From: Paludibacter propionicigenes
GTDB taxonomy: Bacteria; Bacteroidota; Bacteroidia; Bacteroidales; JAIFNL01
Direction of reading: 5' to 3'
Length of the DNA stretch: 64,000 nucleotides
Assembly (NCBI GenBank): GCA_020721325.1
Contig: DYNA01000002.1
Span: 1 to 64,000 of the forward strand
Below are positions 39,452-49,251 of this stretch, piece after piece. The notes under the pieces are model-generated. The model was not told the origin of the DNA, made no database searches, and worked only from the letters and a program-made list of their open reading frames with translations. Within the stretch, counting starts at the first letter, position 1; every line of letters begins with the position of its first letter. Position numbers and translations under genes: made by a program.

Positions 39452-40399
39452 TTATTCTTTTAAACCTCTACCGACTTTTTTAATTTTTCCGGTATTTTTA
39501 AGTTCGTCTATACAATTCTCTAAAACAGCATTTATAAACTCACTGCTTCTTTCTGTACTGTAAAATTTTGATAGCTCAATGTACTCATTCATACTCACTT
39601 TAACAGGAATAGAATCGAAAAATTCAATTTCTGCTAAAGCCATCAAAATTAGAATGATGTCAATTTGGGCAATACGCTCAATATCCCAATTCGTAATGTG
39701 CCTTTTAATTAACTCTTCAAATTCTTTTTTATGAATTAAAGTTTTACGAATTAAATTTTTCGCAAACTCTATATCATCTTCATTATTAAATGATTGAACA
39801 ATTTTTTTTGTTTCAGTATTGCCAATTTTCATTGCTTCAATGCTTTTGATAAGCATACTCAATACAAATTCAAAATCATCTGTCCAAAAGATACTTGTTT
39901 CTTCGAGCCATAAAAAAAGAGCCTCATTTTCAGCAAAAATATTTTCAATTATTTGTATAATTAATTCTTGGTCTTCGCTATATTTATTAAGCTCATTTTC
40001 AGACATATATTGCTTATAAATATCACTTTCCAAAACTTTATTGAAAACATCTTTAACTACTTCGTCATATTTTGACCATGATAATTTTTCTCTTTGAATA
40101 TAGTCTTTAAACTGCTGGTTTTCATTTAATTGCTTTATAATTTTATTATTTACAAAGCGTAGATTCGGATTCAAATCTTCATTTGACGGAAGTCTTTTAT
40201 TTTTTGCTTTTTCTATTTTATCTTCTGCTAATTTTACTAATTCACTTAACAAGGCTACATTATAAAAAAATAAATCATACGATTTATTTATACTAAAAAA
40301 AAGCTCTTTTTCAGCCTGTTGTATCGATTTTTCGGGCGTTTGCATATAAGAATATAATATTTGCATTCCCTTTATTCGTAGAAGTCTTCTACTGACCAT
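39452..40399 (-). CDS. nusB: Transcription antitermination factor NusB (long Bacteroidetes form)
   Basis: The C-terminal 130 aa (WDIERIAQIDIILILMALAEI...FINAVLE) match the NusB fold. The N-terminal extension is typical of the phylum. Confidence 0.7.
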   Translation of the reverse strand: MVSRRLLRIKGMQILYSYMQTPEKSIQQAEKELFFSINKSYDLFFYNVALLSELVKLAEDKIEKAKNKRLPSNEDLNPNLRFVNNKIIKQLNENQQFKDYIQREKLSWSKYDEVVKDVFNKVLESDIYKQYMSENELNKYSEDQELIIQIIENIFAENEALFLWLEETSIFWTDDFEFVLSMLIKSIEAMKIGNTETKKIVQSFNNEDDIEFAKNLIRKTLIHKKEFEELIKRHITNWDIERIAQIDIILILMALAEIEFFDSIPVKVSMNEYIELSKFYSTERSSEFINAVLENCIDELKNTGKIKKVGRGLKE

Positions 40400-40743
40400 G
40401 AAGTTATTTAATTAAAAATGAACAATTTAATATTTTTCTAATCTTTCTATTTTTTAGTTTGCAAAGGTAAAAAAAATATTGAAAACAATAAGTTAAAAAA
40501 TAAAAAAAGGTTCTATTACTCTTTTTTCAAAGAGTGAAATAAAAAAAAGTTATTCTATTAATATTCAATACTTTAAATTTATTCATTTATTTTGTGTAAA
40601 AAAAAATGATTTTTTCAAAACATTGACATTCTTGCATTTACATTAAAAAGAACTTTTATTTAAAAATTAGAGTGAAAAATAAATATTTCTTTTGAAAAAA
40701 AATATTATTTTTGTAGAACGATAAATTTTTAAATAATATAGCT

Positions 40744-40980
40744 ATGGAAGAAAAAACAAATATAAACAAACCCGCTGTTGTTGAATTAGTTAAGGGGCAA
40801 ACGTACAAATGGTGTACATGCGATTTTTCAAAAAATCAGCCCTTTTGCGATGCAAGTCATAAAGGCAAAACCGATTTAAAATCGCTCCATTTCACTGCCG
40901 AAAATGATGGGAAAGCCTATCTTTGCCAATGCAAAAAAACAAAAACTCCGCCTTATTGCGATGGTTCGCATAGATTGTAG
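40744..40980 (+). CDS. CDGSH iron-sulfur domain protein (two CDGSH motifs)
   Basis: CTCDFSKNQPFCDASHKG and CQCKKTKTPPYCDGSHRL. Confidence 0.8.
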   Translation: MEEKTNINKPAVVELVKGQTYKWCTCDFSKNQPFCDASHKGKTDLKSLHFTAENDGKAYLCQCKKTKTPPYCDGSHRL

Positions 40981-41050
40981 TCTTTATCGAATTAAAATTT
41001 CCGGTATATTTTAATTTGTAATTAATTATATACCAGAAATTTAGCGTTCA

Positions 41051-42601
41051 TTAGTTTTCCGGATATTTTGTTATTTCCCTTATATTTTTATAAAGCGATT
41101 CCAGTTTTTTATACATTTTTAAATATACTTTTTTATATAAATCCTTATAAATTAAGGCATTTTCTTTGTTTGGCAAAAAAGTTTTTTCAAAAGCAACCAT
41201 TTTTGTAACCGCTTCATTTAGAGTTGAATAAATACCTACTCCATAAGCGGTAATAATTGCAGCTCCTAAACCTGAAGTTTCATAAGTTTTTCCTCGCAAA
41301 AGTGGCATATTAAAAACATCGGCTGTAATTTGGCAAATTTCATCACTTTGCGACGCTCCTCCCGAAACAGCAATTTGGCTAAATTTAAAGCCTCCTCGCT
41401 TTTGTAATCGGTGCATTCCATCAAGCAAACCATACGCAAGTCCTTCAATTACAGCTCTATAAACATGTTCCTTTTTATGCACATCGCCAAAACCAATCAT
41501 TGCACCTTTGGCATTTTTTTCGCCCAAACCCGGCGACCAGTAAGGTTGCACGATTAACCCCATTGCTCCAGCAGGTGATTTATTAAGTAATTCATTCATA
41601 ACTACTTCCGCTGGAATATTTAATTCGGACGCTTTTTGAACTTCCTTGAAAGCAAACTCGTTTTTAAACCAACTTATCATCCAAAAGCCCCGATAAATCT
41701 CAATTTCTGGATTCCAATGATTAGCCATTAACGAAGGATATGCCGGAAAAAAACGAATGGGTTCTAAATATTTTGCCACTGTGGTTTGCACGGTAGCAGT
41801 CGTGCCAAAACTTAAACTTGCTGTTTTACAATTAGTTACACCCATACCCAGCGTTTCGCAGCCTTTATCCGAGCCACATGCAATTACGGGCGTTCCGACC
41901 GGAATGGCAGTTTGTTCAAATGCTTTTTCAGAAATTTTGCCTATTAGTCCTCCGGGTTTTACAAGGTTTGGAAGCTTCTCTTTTTCAATCGGATACAATT
42001 TTCCACTTAACTCAAAAATATCTTTTGGATTAGACCAATCTTGTTTTTTATAATCAAAAGGAATGTATCCGATTTGCGAAGCAATCGAATCTGAAAAAAC
42101 ACCGGTTAATTTATAGTTCAAAAAACCCGAAATTTGTAAATATTTATAAGTTTTTTTCCATAGTAGCGGTTCATTTTGTCTTATCCAATTGCATTGTCCT
42201 TTACGTTCCATTTTTTTTAAAGTTGTCTTTACTCCAATTGCTTTGAAAATCAAATCGATAAAAAAATTTGGCTTGTAAACATTTTTAGCTGTACGTTGGT
42301 CGAGCCACAAAAGCGATGGACGTAAAACGGTTCCATTTTCATCAACATTTACCATTGTACTGCGCAAAGTAGTAACGCCAACACCCTTTATGTGCTTAAA
42401 AACTTGAGAGTTACGCTTTTCCAATTCAACACTTGCCTTACAAAGGCTATTCCAGTAAATATCAGCATGTTGCTCTGCCCACCCTGCTTTTGGGCTTTGG
42501 TAGGGTTCATAAAAAACTTGCTCTTTATCAATTACTTCCCCTTTTTCACTAAACAAAATAGCTCTGGTACTTTGCGTGCCACAATCAATGGATAATATCA
42601 T
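41051..42601 (-). CDS. FGGY-family carbohydrate kinase (glycerol-kinase-like, divergent)
   Basis: N-terminal LSIDCGTQSTRAILF (FGGY phosphate-1 motif) and C-terminal GGASQSD; 516 aa. Confidence 0.75.
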   Translation of the reverse strand: MILSIDCGTQSTRAILFSEKGEVIDKEQVFYEPYQSPKAGWAEQHADIYWNSLCKASVELEKRNSQVFKHIKGVGVTTLRSTMVNVDENGTVLRPSLLWLDQRTAKNVYKPNFFIDLIFKAIGVKTTLKKMERKGQCNWIRQNEPLLWKKTYKYLQISGFLNYKLTGVFSDSIASQIGYIPFDYKKQDWSNPKDIFELSGKLYPIEKEKLPNLVKPGGLIGKISEKAFEQTAIPVGTPVIACGSDKGCETLGMGVTNCKTASLSFGTTATVQTTVAKYLEPIRFFPAYPSLMANHWNPEIEIYRGFWMISWFKNEFAFKEVQKASELNIPAEVVMNELLNKSPAGAMGLIVQPYWSPGLGEKNAKGAMIGFGDVHKKEHVYRAVIEGLAYGLLDGMHRLQKRGGFKFSQIAVSGGASQSDEICQITADVFNMPLLRGKTYETSGLGAAIITAYGVGIYSTLNEAVTKMVAFEKTFLPNKENALIYKDLYKKVYLKMYKKLESLYKNIREITKYPEN

Positions 42602-42618
42602 GCTAAAAAATATTATAT

Positions 42619-44346
42619 TTATTTATAACTTACATCTAAACCTAATTGCTTACCGGCATTCATAATATTATTTGGGTCAAAATGCTTTTTCAAAGCTTTT
42701 AACACATTCATTTGGCTTTCGCCCAAATGTTTTGGCATCAATCGAGCAATCATTCGACCAACTCCGTGATGGTGCGATAGCGAACCGCCACTTTTTTCAA
42801 TCGTGTCAATCAAGCCTTCTTGAAATGCCAAATAACTTTTTAAATCATTTTCTTTTATAATGAAAATAAAATACAAATTTGTTCCTTGCATATAAAAATG
42901 CGAGGCATGAGTCATGCAAATTGTTTTGGGACGTGATTTTACATAATTTCTACATTTTTCGTGTACTTCATGCAAATTATCCCAATAAACCGAAGTTTCC
43001 AATGTATCAATAATAATACCGAAATCCATTAAATCCTCGCGCATATACGGGTCGCGATATCGACCGGGTTCCCACTTTTTTACCGGAAAAGCCGTTAATG
43101 ACATTGCACCATGTTTTTTACAAATTCGTTTTACCTGATTTTTTATATTTTTAGTAAAAAGTTTTTCGCCATCGGCAGAAGCTAAAAACAAACATCTCTG
43201 CATTGGTTTATAGCCTCGAAATATCATTAATTTATCAAAAATTGTATCTTCTATGCCATAAAGTTTTAAACCAATATGAGTTTCTTCAGGGTCTGAAATT
43301 CTAAAAACAGCCGGCATACCAAATTCTCCTTGCGAAATTTCGCGACTCGCCTCTACGGCTGCCTCCCAAGTTGGAAAAATAAAGCTAAAATATTTCCTAT
43401 TTTCGAGCTTATATCTAAAAATTTTCCAAGTCAATTCTACAACAATTCCAAAAACACCTTCGCTGCCTTTAATTATATCTAAAACCTTTGGACCGGTGGC
43501 TGTTGCAGCATAATTTTTGGTTACAATAGTGCCTTGTGGAGTTATCATTTCCACACCCAAAACCAAGTCGCCGGCATCGCCATAGTACGATGACTGCTGC
43601 CCAGAACCAAGCGTTACAAACCAACCGCCAACTGACGAATATTCAAAGGATTGTGGAAAATGACCACATGTAAAATTGTGCTTTGTTTTAAAAAGTTTTT
43701 TGGCATTATTTAAAGCCTCTTCAAATGCCGGTCCAAACATACCCGCTTCAACTATAACTGTTTGATTTTTTTCATTTAATTGAATTATTTTATTCAAATG
43801 AGTGGATAAAACCAATGTTACTCCGCCTTTTTCTGGCAAAAAGCCTAAATTTACTGAAGAACCTCCACCAAAAATATAAATAGGTAGCTTTTCTACATTG
43901 CAAAAATCAACAATTTGCTTAATTTCTTCTTTATTTCTTGGGTGAATAACCAAATCAGTTATCTGTTCTACCTGTTTAGTACGCAATTTGATGGCTTCTT
44001 CTACTGTTTTACCGGTTGAAAACTTCAATCTCTCATATTCATCTGCTGAAATATTTTCGTTACCTGAAATTTCACTAAACTTTTTTATCTGATATTCCGT
44101 TAATTTACTTTTTAATTGAAAATCAACTACTTCATTTCCCGTTGATGTATATTGTTCAAAATCGGAATCTGATAAGTCAAAAGTAGCTTTAATCTCCTGA
44201 AAAAGCCTAAAATTAGGGTGTTTAAAGCCATTTGGCGCACCGTATTTAAAAATGGAACGAAAACTTTTTTCTTGAGGAGCTTCATTTATCCAACGAGGCT
44301 CAAATCTTTCATTTTTTACCATGTTTTTTTTAATAAAAATTATCAA
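42619..44346 (-). CDS. FAD-linked oxidase, AGPS/GlcD-like (FAD_binding_4 plus C-terminal oxidase domain)
   Basis: LPIYIFGGGSSV and GVTLVL... FAD-binding PCMH-type region with a C-terminal HHHGVG motif. Overall resembles alkyl-DHAP synthase/D-lactate dehydrogenase-type flavoenzymes. Confidence 0.75.
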   Translation of the reverse strand: MIIFIKKNMVKNERFEPRWINEAPQEKSFRSIFKYGAPNGFKHPNFRLFQEIKATFDLSDSDFEQYTSTGNEVVDFQLKSKLTEYQIKKFSEISGNENISADEYERLKFSTGKTVEEAIKLRTKQVEQITDLVIHPRNKEEIKQIVDFCNVEKLPIYIFGGGSSVNLGFLPEKGGVTLVLSTHLNKIIQLNEKNQTVIVEAGMFGPAFEEALNNAKKLFKTKHNFTCGHFPQSFEYSSVGGWFVTLGSGQQSSYYGDAGDLVLGVEMITPQGTIVTKNYAATATGPKVLDIIKGSEGVFGIVVELTWKIFRYKLENRKYFSFIFPTWEAAVEASREISQGEFGMPAVFRISDPEETHIGLKLYGIEDTIFDKLMIFRGYKPMQRCLFLASADGEKLFTKNIKNQVKRICKKHGAMSLTAFPVKKWEPGRYRDPYMREDLMDFGIIIDTLETSVYWDNLHEVHEKCRNYVKSRPKTICMTHASHFYMQGTNLYFIFIIKENDLKSYLAFQEGLIDTIEKSGGSLSHHHGVGRMIARLMPKHLGESQMNVLKALKKHFDPNNIMNAGKQLGLDVSYK

Positions 44347-44352
44347 TTAATT

Positions 44353-45996
44353 TTATTGTGGAATAGCTAAAATCTGCTCTAATTTTTCAATTTCCGAAAC
44401 TGTTTTTTCAACCGACCAAGATAATTCTTTTGCAGCAATTTGAGCTATTTTTTCAATAATTTCTTTTCCCGGATTGCCTAATAGCGCTATTCCAGTACGT
44501 CTTAAAACAATATCTGTCAATGATTTAGCCATCTCATTACGTATTGCAAAAACTACCTGTGCCAAATTTTCGCCATCTGAATTAAGTGGTTTTAACCATT
44601 CTTCATTTTCTTTTCCCAAATCTATTATGCTATCTATCTCATTACCATAGCTTTTGCTCAAGTACAATGCTTGCTGAGAAGTCATGAAAGGATATTTTTG
44701 CGTGTTCTTCAGAAAAAAATCTTCAAAATCTTCAATTTCAGAACTATGCAAATATTTTTTTTCTGAAATGGATTTTTGTTTTGGATATTTTAGAATTCTA
44801 AATATCTTATCTACAGCTTTTTGCGCAAGCATCCGGCTTGTTGTAAATTTTCCACCTTCAACAGTCAACAAACCGGCTATTCCATTTTTTTTCTCGCCCG
44901 TAATTTCGTATTTTCGAGACGAATTGTAAACATCTTCCGTCTGGTCTTCTACCAAAGGGCGTAAACCGCCATAAACATAACTAATATCTTCATATTTAAT
45001 AAGTTGTGGCTGTTCTAACGCCTGATTAACATCTTCCAATAATTCTAAAATAGCCTTTTTTGTAACTTTGTAATCATCTGGTTTTCCGATATATTCCTTG
45101 TCCGTAGTGCCTATTAAAGTTTTATTTCGGTAAGGAACTAAAAAAAAGTGTTTTCCCTTTGCTGTTGAGCCTGAAAAAACATAAGTTTCATTCAATTTTT
45201 TGGTAACAATGTGAATGCCTTCTGAGCGTCTAAGTTCTTGATTTTCTGTATTTTTCTTTACTTTATCCAATAAAATATCAGCCCAAGGACCGGAACAATT
45301 AATTACTAATTTTGCATGAATTTGCTTTTTTTCGCCCGAAAGTTTATCCAATGCCAAAACTCCTTTAACTTTTTTTAACAGACCATTTTGTTCTATCAAG
45401 AAATCGAGCATTTCAGTATAATTTGCCACTGAAGCACCACATTTTACAGCCGATTTGGCAAAAGCCAATGTAAAACGCTCGGGCGAGTGACTCGAACAAT
45501 CATAATACAATTGCCCGCCAAGTAATTCACTTTCAGGAGCTATCGGAATTAATTCTTTTAATTTCTTAGCACTAATTGTTTGAAAATGTGGTATTTTTTT
45601 ACTTTTATCGCGAACCCAATTTTTGTCAAACGAAAATAGTTCATACAACATCATTCCGATTTTCATTACTAAAGGTGTAATCTTATTTTTTTTATACATT
45701 GAAAAAATAAAAGGTAATGGGTGTATAAAATTGGGCGCAATATCCGATAAAATGCGCCTTTCACGCAATGATTCGCGAACTAAACGAAATTCAAATATTG
45801 ATAAATAACGCAAACCGCCGTGAATCATGCGCGAAGTAGCTGATGATGTGGCACTTGCAAAGTCATTTTTTTCTATCAATGCCACCGACAAACCGCGTGA
45901 GGCTGCTTCGTAAGCAACTGATACTCCGGTTATTCCACCTCCAATGACTAACAAATCAAATTCTTTTCCGGTATAATTTTCAATAAATCTTTCCAT
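44353..45996 (-). CDS. FAD-dependent glycerol-3-phosphate dehydrogenase (GlpA/GlpD family)
   Basis: N-terminal FDLLVIGGGITGVSVAYEAASRGLSVALIEKNDFASATSSATSRMIHGGLRY (dinucleotide fold plus the G3PDH signature); 547 aa. Confidence 0.8.
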   Translation of the reverse strand: MERFIENYTGKEFDLLVIGGGITGVSVAYEAASRGLSVALIEKNDFASATSSATSRMIHGGLRYLSIFEFRLVRESLRERRILSDIAPNFIHPLPFIFSMYKKNKITPLVMKIGMMLYELFSFDKNWVRDKSKKIPHFQTISAKKLKELIPIAPESELLGGQLYYDCSSHSPERFTLAFAKSAVKCGASVANYTEMLDFLIEQNGLLKKVKGVLALDKLSGEKKQIHAKLVINCSGPWADILLDKVKKNTENQELRRSEGIHIVTKKLNETYVFSGSTAKGKHFFLVPYRNKTLIGTTDKEYIGKPDDYKVTKKAILELLEDVNQALEQPQLIKYEDISYVYGGLRPLVEDQTEDVYNSSRKYEITGEKKNGIAGLLTVEGGKFTTSRMLAQKAVDKIFRILKYPKQKSISEKKYLHSSEIEDFEDFFLKNTQKYPFMTSQQALYLSKSYGNEIDSIIDLGKENEEWLKPLNSDGENLAQVVFAIRNEMAKSLTDIVLRRTGIALLGNPGKEIIEKIAQIAAKELSWSVEKTVSEIEKLEQILAIPQ

Positions 45997-46021
45997 TTTT
46001 ATTTTATTAAAAGTCTGTTAT

Positions 46022-46753
46022 TCAACTATTTACATTAAAAATGTCTTCCCAACTTTGCTTACTTGACTGCATAACTTTAGTAACCAAGTCGTCAATTTTT
46101 GTTGGATTTGTAAGTATTAATTCTTTTAAATTTTTATAAAAATCATTTGATATTTTTTTTGTTGCATCTGCAAAAAAATATTTTTGAGCCTGCTCGTAAT
46201 AAATTTCAGATAAATCGTTGTAAAGCATCAGAGCCACAGTATTTTGACTTTCTTTAATTAACAAAACTTGCAAGTTCCAATCGAAAAGTGCCCAAATTTT
46301 AGCTTCTGAAAGCAATGCTGGAATATTTTCTAAAAACGGCAAAATTTTTTCGGCATTTTTAGTTATCGCTTTTTGTGCCAAATGCGGTAAAATTAAACTT
46401 CTAAATTCGAGCCAATCCAAAACCAATTTTTGCGATGTAAATTCACTGAATTGAACTAAGGTTTTAAGCACACCTAAACCTCCAACTTCTTGATAATCAT
46501 TAATTAATGTCGGTCTTCCATGTTTAATACTAATCCAACCATCTCGTGAAAGTCGTTGCAATACTTCGCGCAAAGTAGGTCGCGTAATCCCCAGTAATTG
46601 TGCCAATTCGCGTTCGGGTGGTAAAGAATTACCAACTTTGAATTTTCCAGACAAAATTGACTTAACAATTTCTTTTTCAGCAAATTGTGCCGGTTTAATA
46701 AATTTTTCAAATTGTTCCATTTTTCTAAAAATTGGTTTGAGGTCTGACCACAA
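46022..46753 (-). CDS. GntR/FadR-family transcriptional regulator
   Basis: N-terminal winged HTH (PPERELAQLLGITRPTLREVLQRLSRDGWI) and C-terminal FCD-like helical domain. Confidence 0.75.
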   Translation of the reverse strand: MWSDLKPIFRKMEQFEKFIKPAQFAEKEIVKSILSGKFKVGNSLPPERELAQLLGITRPTLREVLQRLSRDGWISIKHGRPTLINDYQEVGGLGVLKTLVQFSEFTSQKLVLDWLEFRSLILPHLAQKAITKNAEKILPFLENIPALLSEAKIWALFDWNLQVLLIKESQNTVALMLYNDLSEIYYEQAQKYFFADATKKISNDFYKNLKELILTNPTKIDDLVTKVMQSSKQSWEDIFNVNS

Positions 46754-46905
46754 AAATACATATTTTTTAAATAAAAAAAAAATTTTATATAAAATTTTGA
46801 AAAAGAAAAAAAAAATATTAAATTGCAGTTAATTAATTGTTTTGCAAATTAATCAGTCATTTCTGATTATTTTTTTTAAAATAAAATTTACTTAATAAAA
46901 AAAAG

Positions 46906-48834
46906 ATGAAAAAATTAGCTTTTATTGTTATTTGTCTATTTTATAATTCCATAACTTACTCTCAAACTGATATTTATGACTTATCATTAGAAGAATTGCT
47001 TTCTATGGAAGTGAGTGTAGCCTCTAAGGAACATGAAAAAATTAACGATGCCGCTGGCATCATTTCGGTTCTTACAAATAAAGAAATTGAAAATTTTGGT
47101 GCTTTAAACTTAGGAGAATTGCTCAATAGAATTACAAGTATGTATCACTTGCAAGGCGGAATGTTGCCTTTCAATGTGGCGTCGATGAGAGCACAACACA
47201 ACGGAGTGTTTGATAATCATATACTTATACTGCTCAACGGTCGCCCCTTGCGCGATGCCAGCTCTGGCGGTTTTAATAACGTGATTTACAACTCATTTCC
47301 TATCGGAATGATTGACCGCATCGAAATTATTCGAGGTCCGGGTTCGGCTCTTTATGGCTCGAACGCTTTTTCAGGTGTACTTAATATTGTAACTAAATTG
47401 ATTGAAAATGATGGTTTAGCTGCAAAAAATTGCTTTACAACCGGAAGTTTTGAAACTATCAAAGACCAAATATGCGGAATTTATAGCAAAAACTACCTAA
47501 AATTGAATTTTGCAGCAGAAATATCACGCGATAAAGGTGAATTTTATCAATATTATGATGCCAGTAAGACTTTGGGCAGTGCAAATTATGAAAAAGATGG
47601 CGAAAGTTTATTTCTCAATGCCGAATATAAGAATTTCAAAGCCGATTTTCTATATCTCAATTTTGTACCTTTTTATATAGGAAATAAAATTTTATGGAAA
47701 AATGCCGGAGAAATTGAATCGATGAATAGATTATTTGGAAATTTAACACATCAAGCACATTTTACCGAAAAATTAGAATTAGAATCAAATTTAACTTACA
47801 ATGGATTTGAGTGGAATCCAGAGAACGCAAAAAGTTATTCCTTGCTTTTGGAATTGATTTTAAAATTCAATCCAACAGAAAAAATTCATCTGATAGCTGC
47901 ATCTGTGAACGATTTTAGCGACTGGACTGGGAGCGATTTTTCTTCAGGAACAAGCTTTCAATCAAATATTTATGCGCAATTCACTTACGATGCTTTTTCA
48001 TTCTTAAAAATTATAGGCGGCTTTCAACTCAATAATATTGGCAATACCACGCAGCATCTTTCCCCGCGCGTAGGTTTGGTGTCGAATTTTACGAAACATA
48101 TAGGAGCTAAAATACTGTATAGCAATGCTTTTAGAAATCCTTATCCTACAGAAACTCGTTTTTTGCGCGACAATGTTGTAGGAAATCCGGATTTGTTACC
48201 CGAAAAAATAAACACCATTGAGACCCAAGCATTTTACCAAAATACAAATTTTCAAGTTTCCCTTACTTATTATAATTCGGAAATGACGGATATTATAACT
48301 AAAAAAAGAAATCCGGTAACTGGAAAAGGCGAATTTTTAAATTTGCTTGAGCATAATTTTTGGGGCTTAGAATTTGAAAGCAAATTAAATTTAATTCAGC
48401 GAATTTCTTTTTTCACATCGGCTACTTACCAGGAAAATAAAAATAGCCTTGAGCAGAAAAATGCTACTTATGTACCTAATGTAATGGCTAAAATTGGCGT
48501 TTTTTATAATTGCCCGCGTGTCGTTTTTGGTGTTTTCGACAGTTATTTTGGCGAACCGACCCAATCGAACGAACTTTTGCCGGCAACGGCTCAAATTCCT
48601 GAACTTAATATAAAACCGACTGATTTTCATTTACTTTCGGCAAATTTGAGCTTAAAATTAAATTCCATTTTCAAAATAAAAGGTTCAACTTCTTTTACGA
48701 CCGAATTTTACGTAAGTAATTTATTAGATAAAAAAATTTATTTTCCAGAAATATCTGTAAATGCTATAAATGGTGTGCCTTTATATCCGGGAAGAGCTTA
48801 TTTTGGAAAATTAATTATTAAAATAAATAGGTAA
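46906..48834 (+). CDS. TonB-dependent outer-membrane receptor
   Basis: Signal peptide and plug domain (DAAGIISVL...LNGRPL...IEIIRGPGSALYGSNAFSGVLNIVTK). Confidence 0.8.
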   Translation: MKKLAFIVICLFYNSITYSQTDIYDLSLEELLSMEVSVASKEHEKINDAAGIISVLTNKEIENFGALNLGELLNRITSMYHLQGGMLPFNVASMRAQHNGVFDNHILILLNGRPLRDASSGGFNNVIYNSFPIGMIDRIEIIRGPGSALYGSNAFSGVLNIVTKLIENDGLAAKNCFTTGSFETIKDQICGIYSKNYLKLNFAAEISRDKGEFYQYYDASKTLGSANYEKDGESLFLNAEYKNFKADFLYLNFVPFYIGNKILWKNAGEIESMNRLFGNLTHQAHFTEKLELESNLTYNGFEWNPENAKSYSLLLELILKFNPTEKIHLIAASVNDFSDWTGSDFSSGTSFQSNIYAQFTYDAFSFLKIIGGFQLNNIGNTTQHLSPRVGLVSNFTKHIGAKILYSNAFRNPYPTETRFLRDNVVGNPDLLPEKINTIETQAFYQNTNFQVSLTYYNSEMTDIITKKRNPVTGKGEFLNLLEHNFWGLEFESKLNLIQRISFFTSATYQENKNSLEQKNATYVPNVMAKIGVFYNCPRVVFGVFDSYFGEPTQSNELLPATAQIPELNIKPTDFHLLSANLSLKLNSIFKIKGSTSFTTEFYVSNLLDKKIYFPEISVNAINGVPLYPGRAYFGKLIIKINR

Positions 48835-48975
48835 TTTTTATTCAATAATAAAAAAAAAACTCTCTTTTGTCTTAACGCAAAAAAATAACAAATGTGTAAT
48901 AATTAAATATTTGAAATTCAATTATTTAATTATATTTTTAAATGTTTTAATGCAAAAAAACATCTATTAAAAAAA

Positions 48976-49007
48976 AGACGAACCGTAAGGAGTTTTCGTC
49001 TTTTTTT
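48976..49007 (+). terminator. Intrinsic terminator after the TonB-dependent receptor gene
   Basis: aagacgaa-ccgtaaggagtt-ttcgtctt hairpin plus a run of 7 T. Confidence 0.6.
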
Positions 49008-49251
49008 GTGGTTTTTCAAATTTATATATTAAATTTTCATTAAATATAAATTTTCACAAAAAACAACAATTTATTGAAAATTAATAAGTAAAACACTCAT
49101 TTTACTTACAAATCAAAACATTTTTCTTTTTTTTTATAAAAAATTGAAATAAAATTTGTGTATATTGAATAAATATTCTTTTTTAGCACAAAAATTAAAT
49201 CAGAATGCAACTTTTTTTCAAAAGAAAAATTATTAATTAAAATTCAAATAA

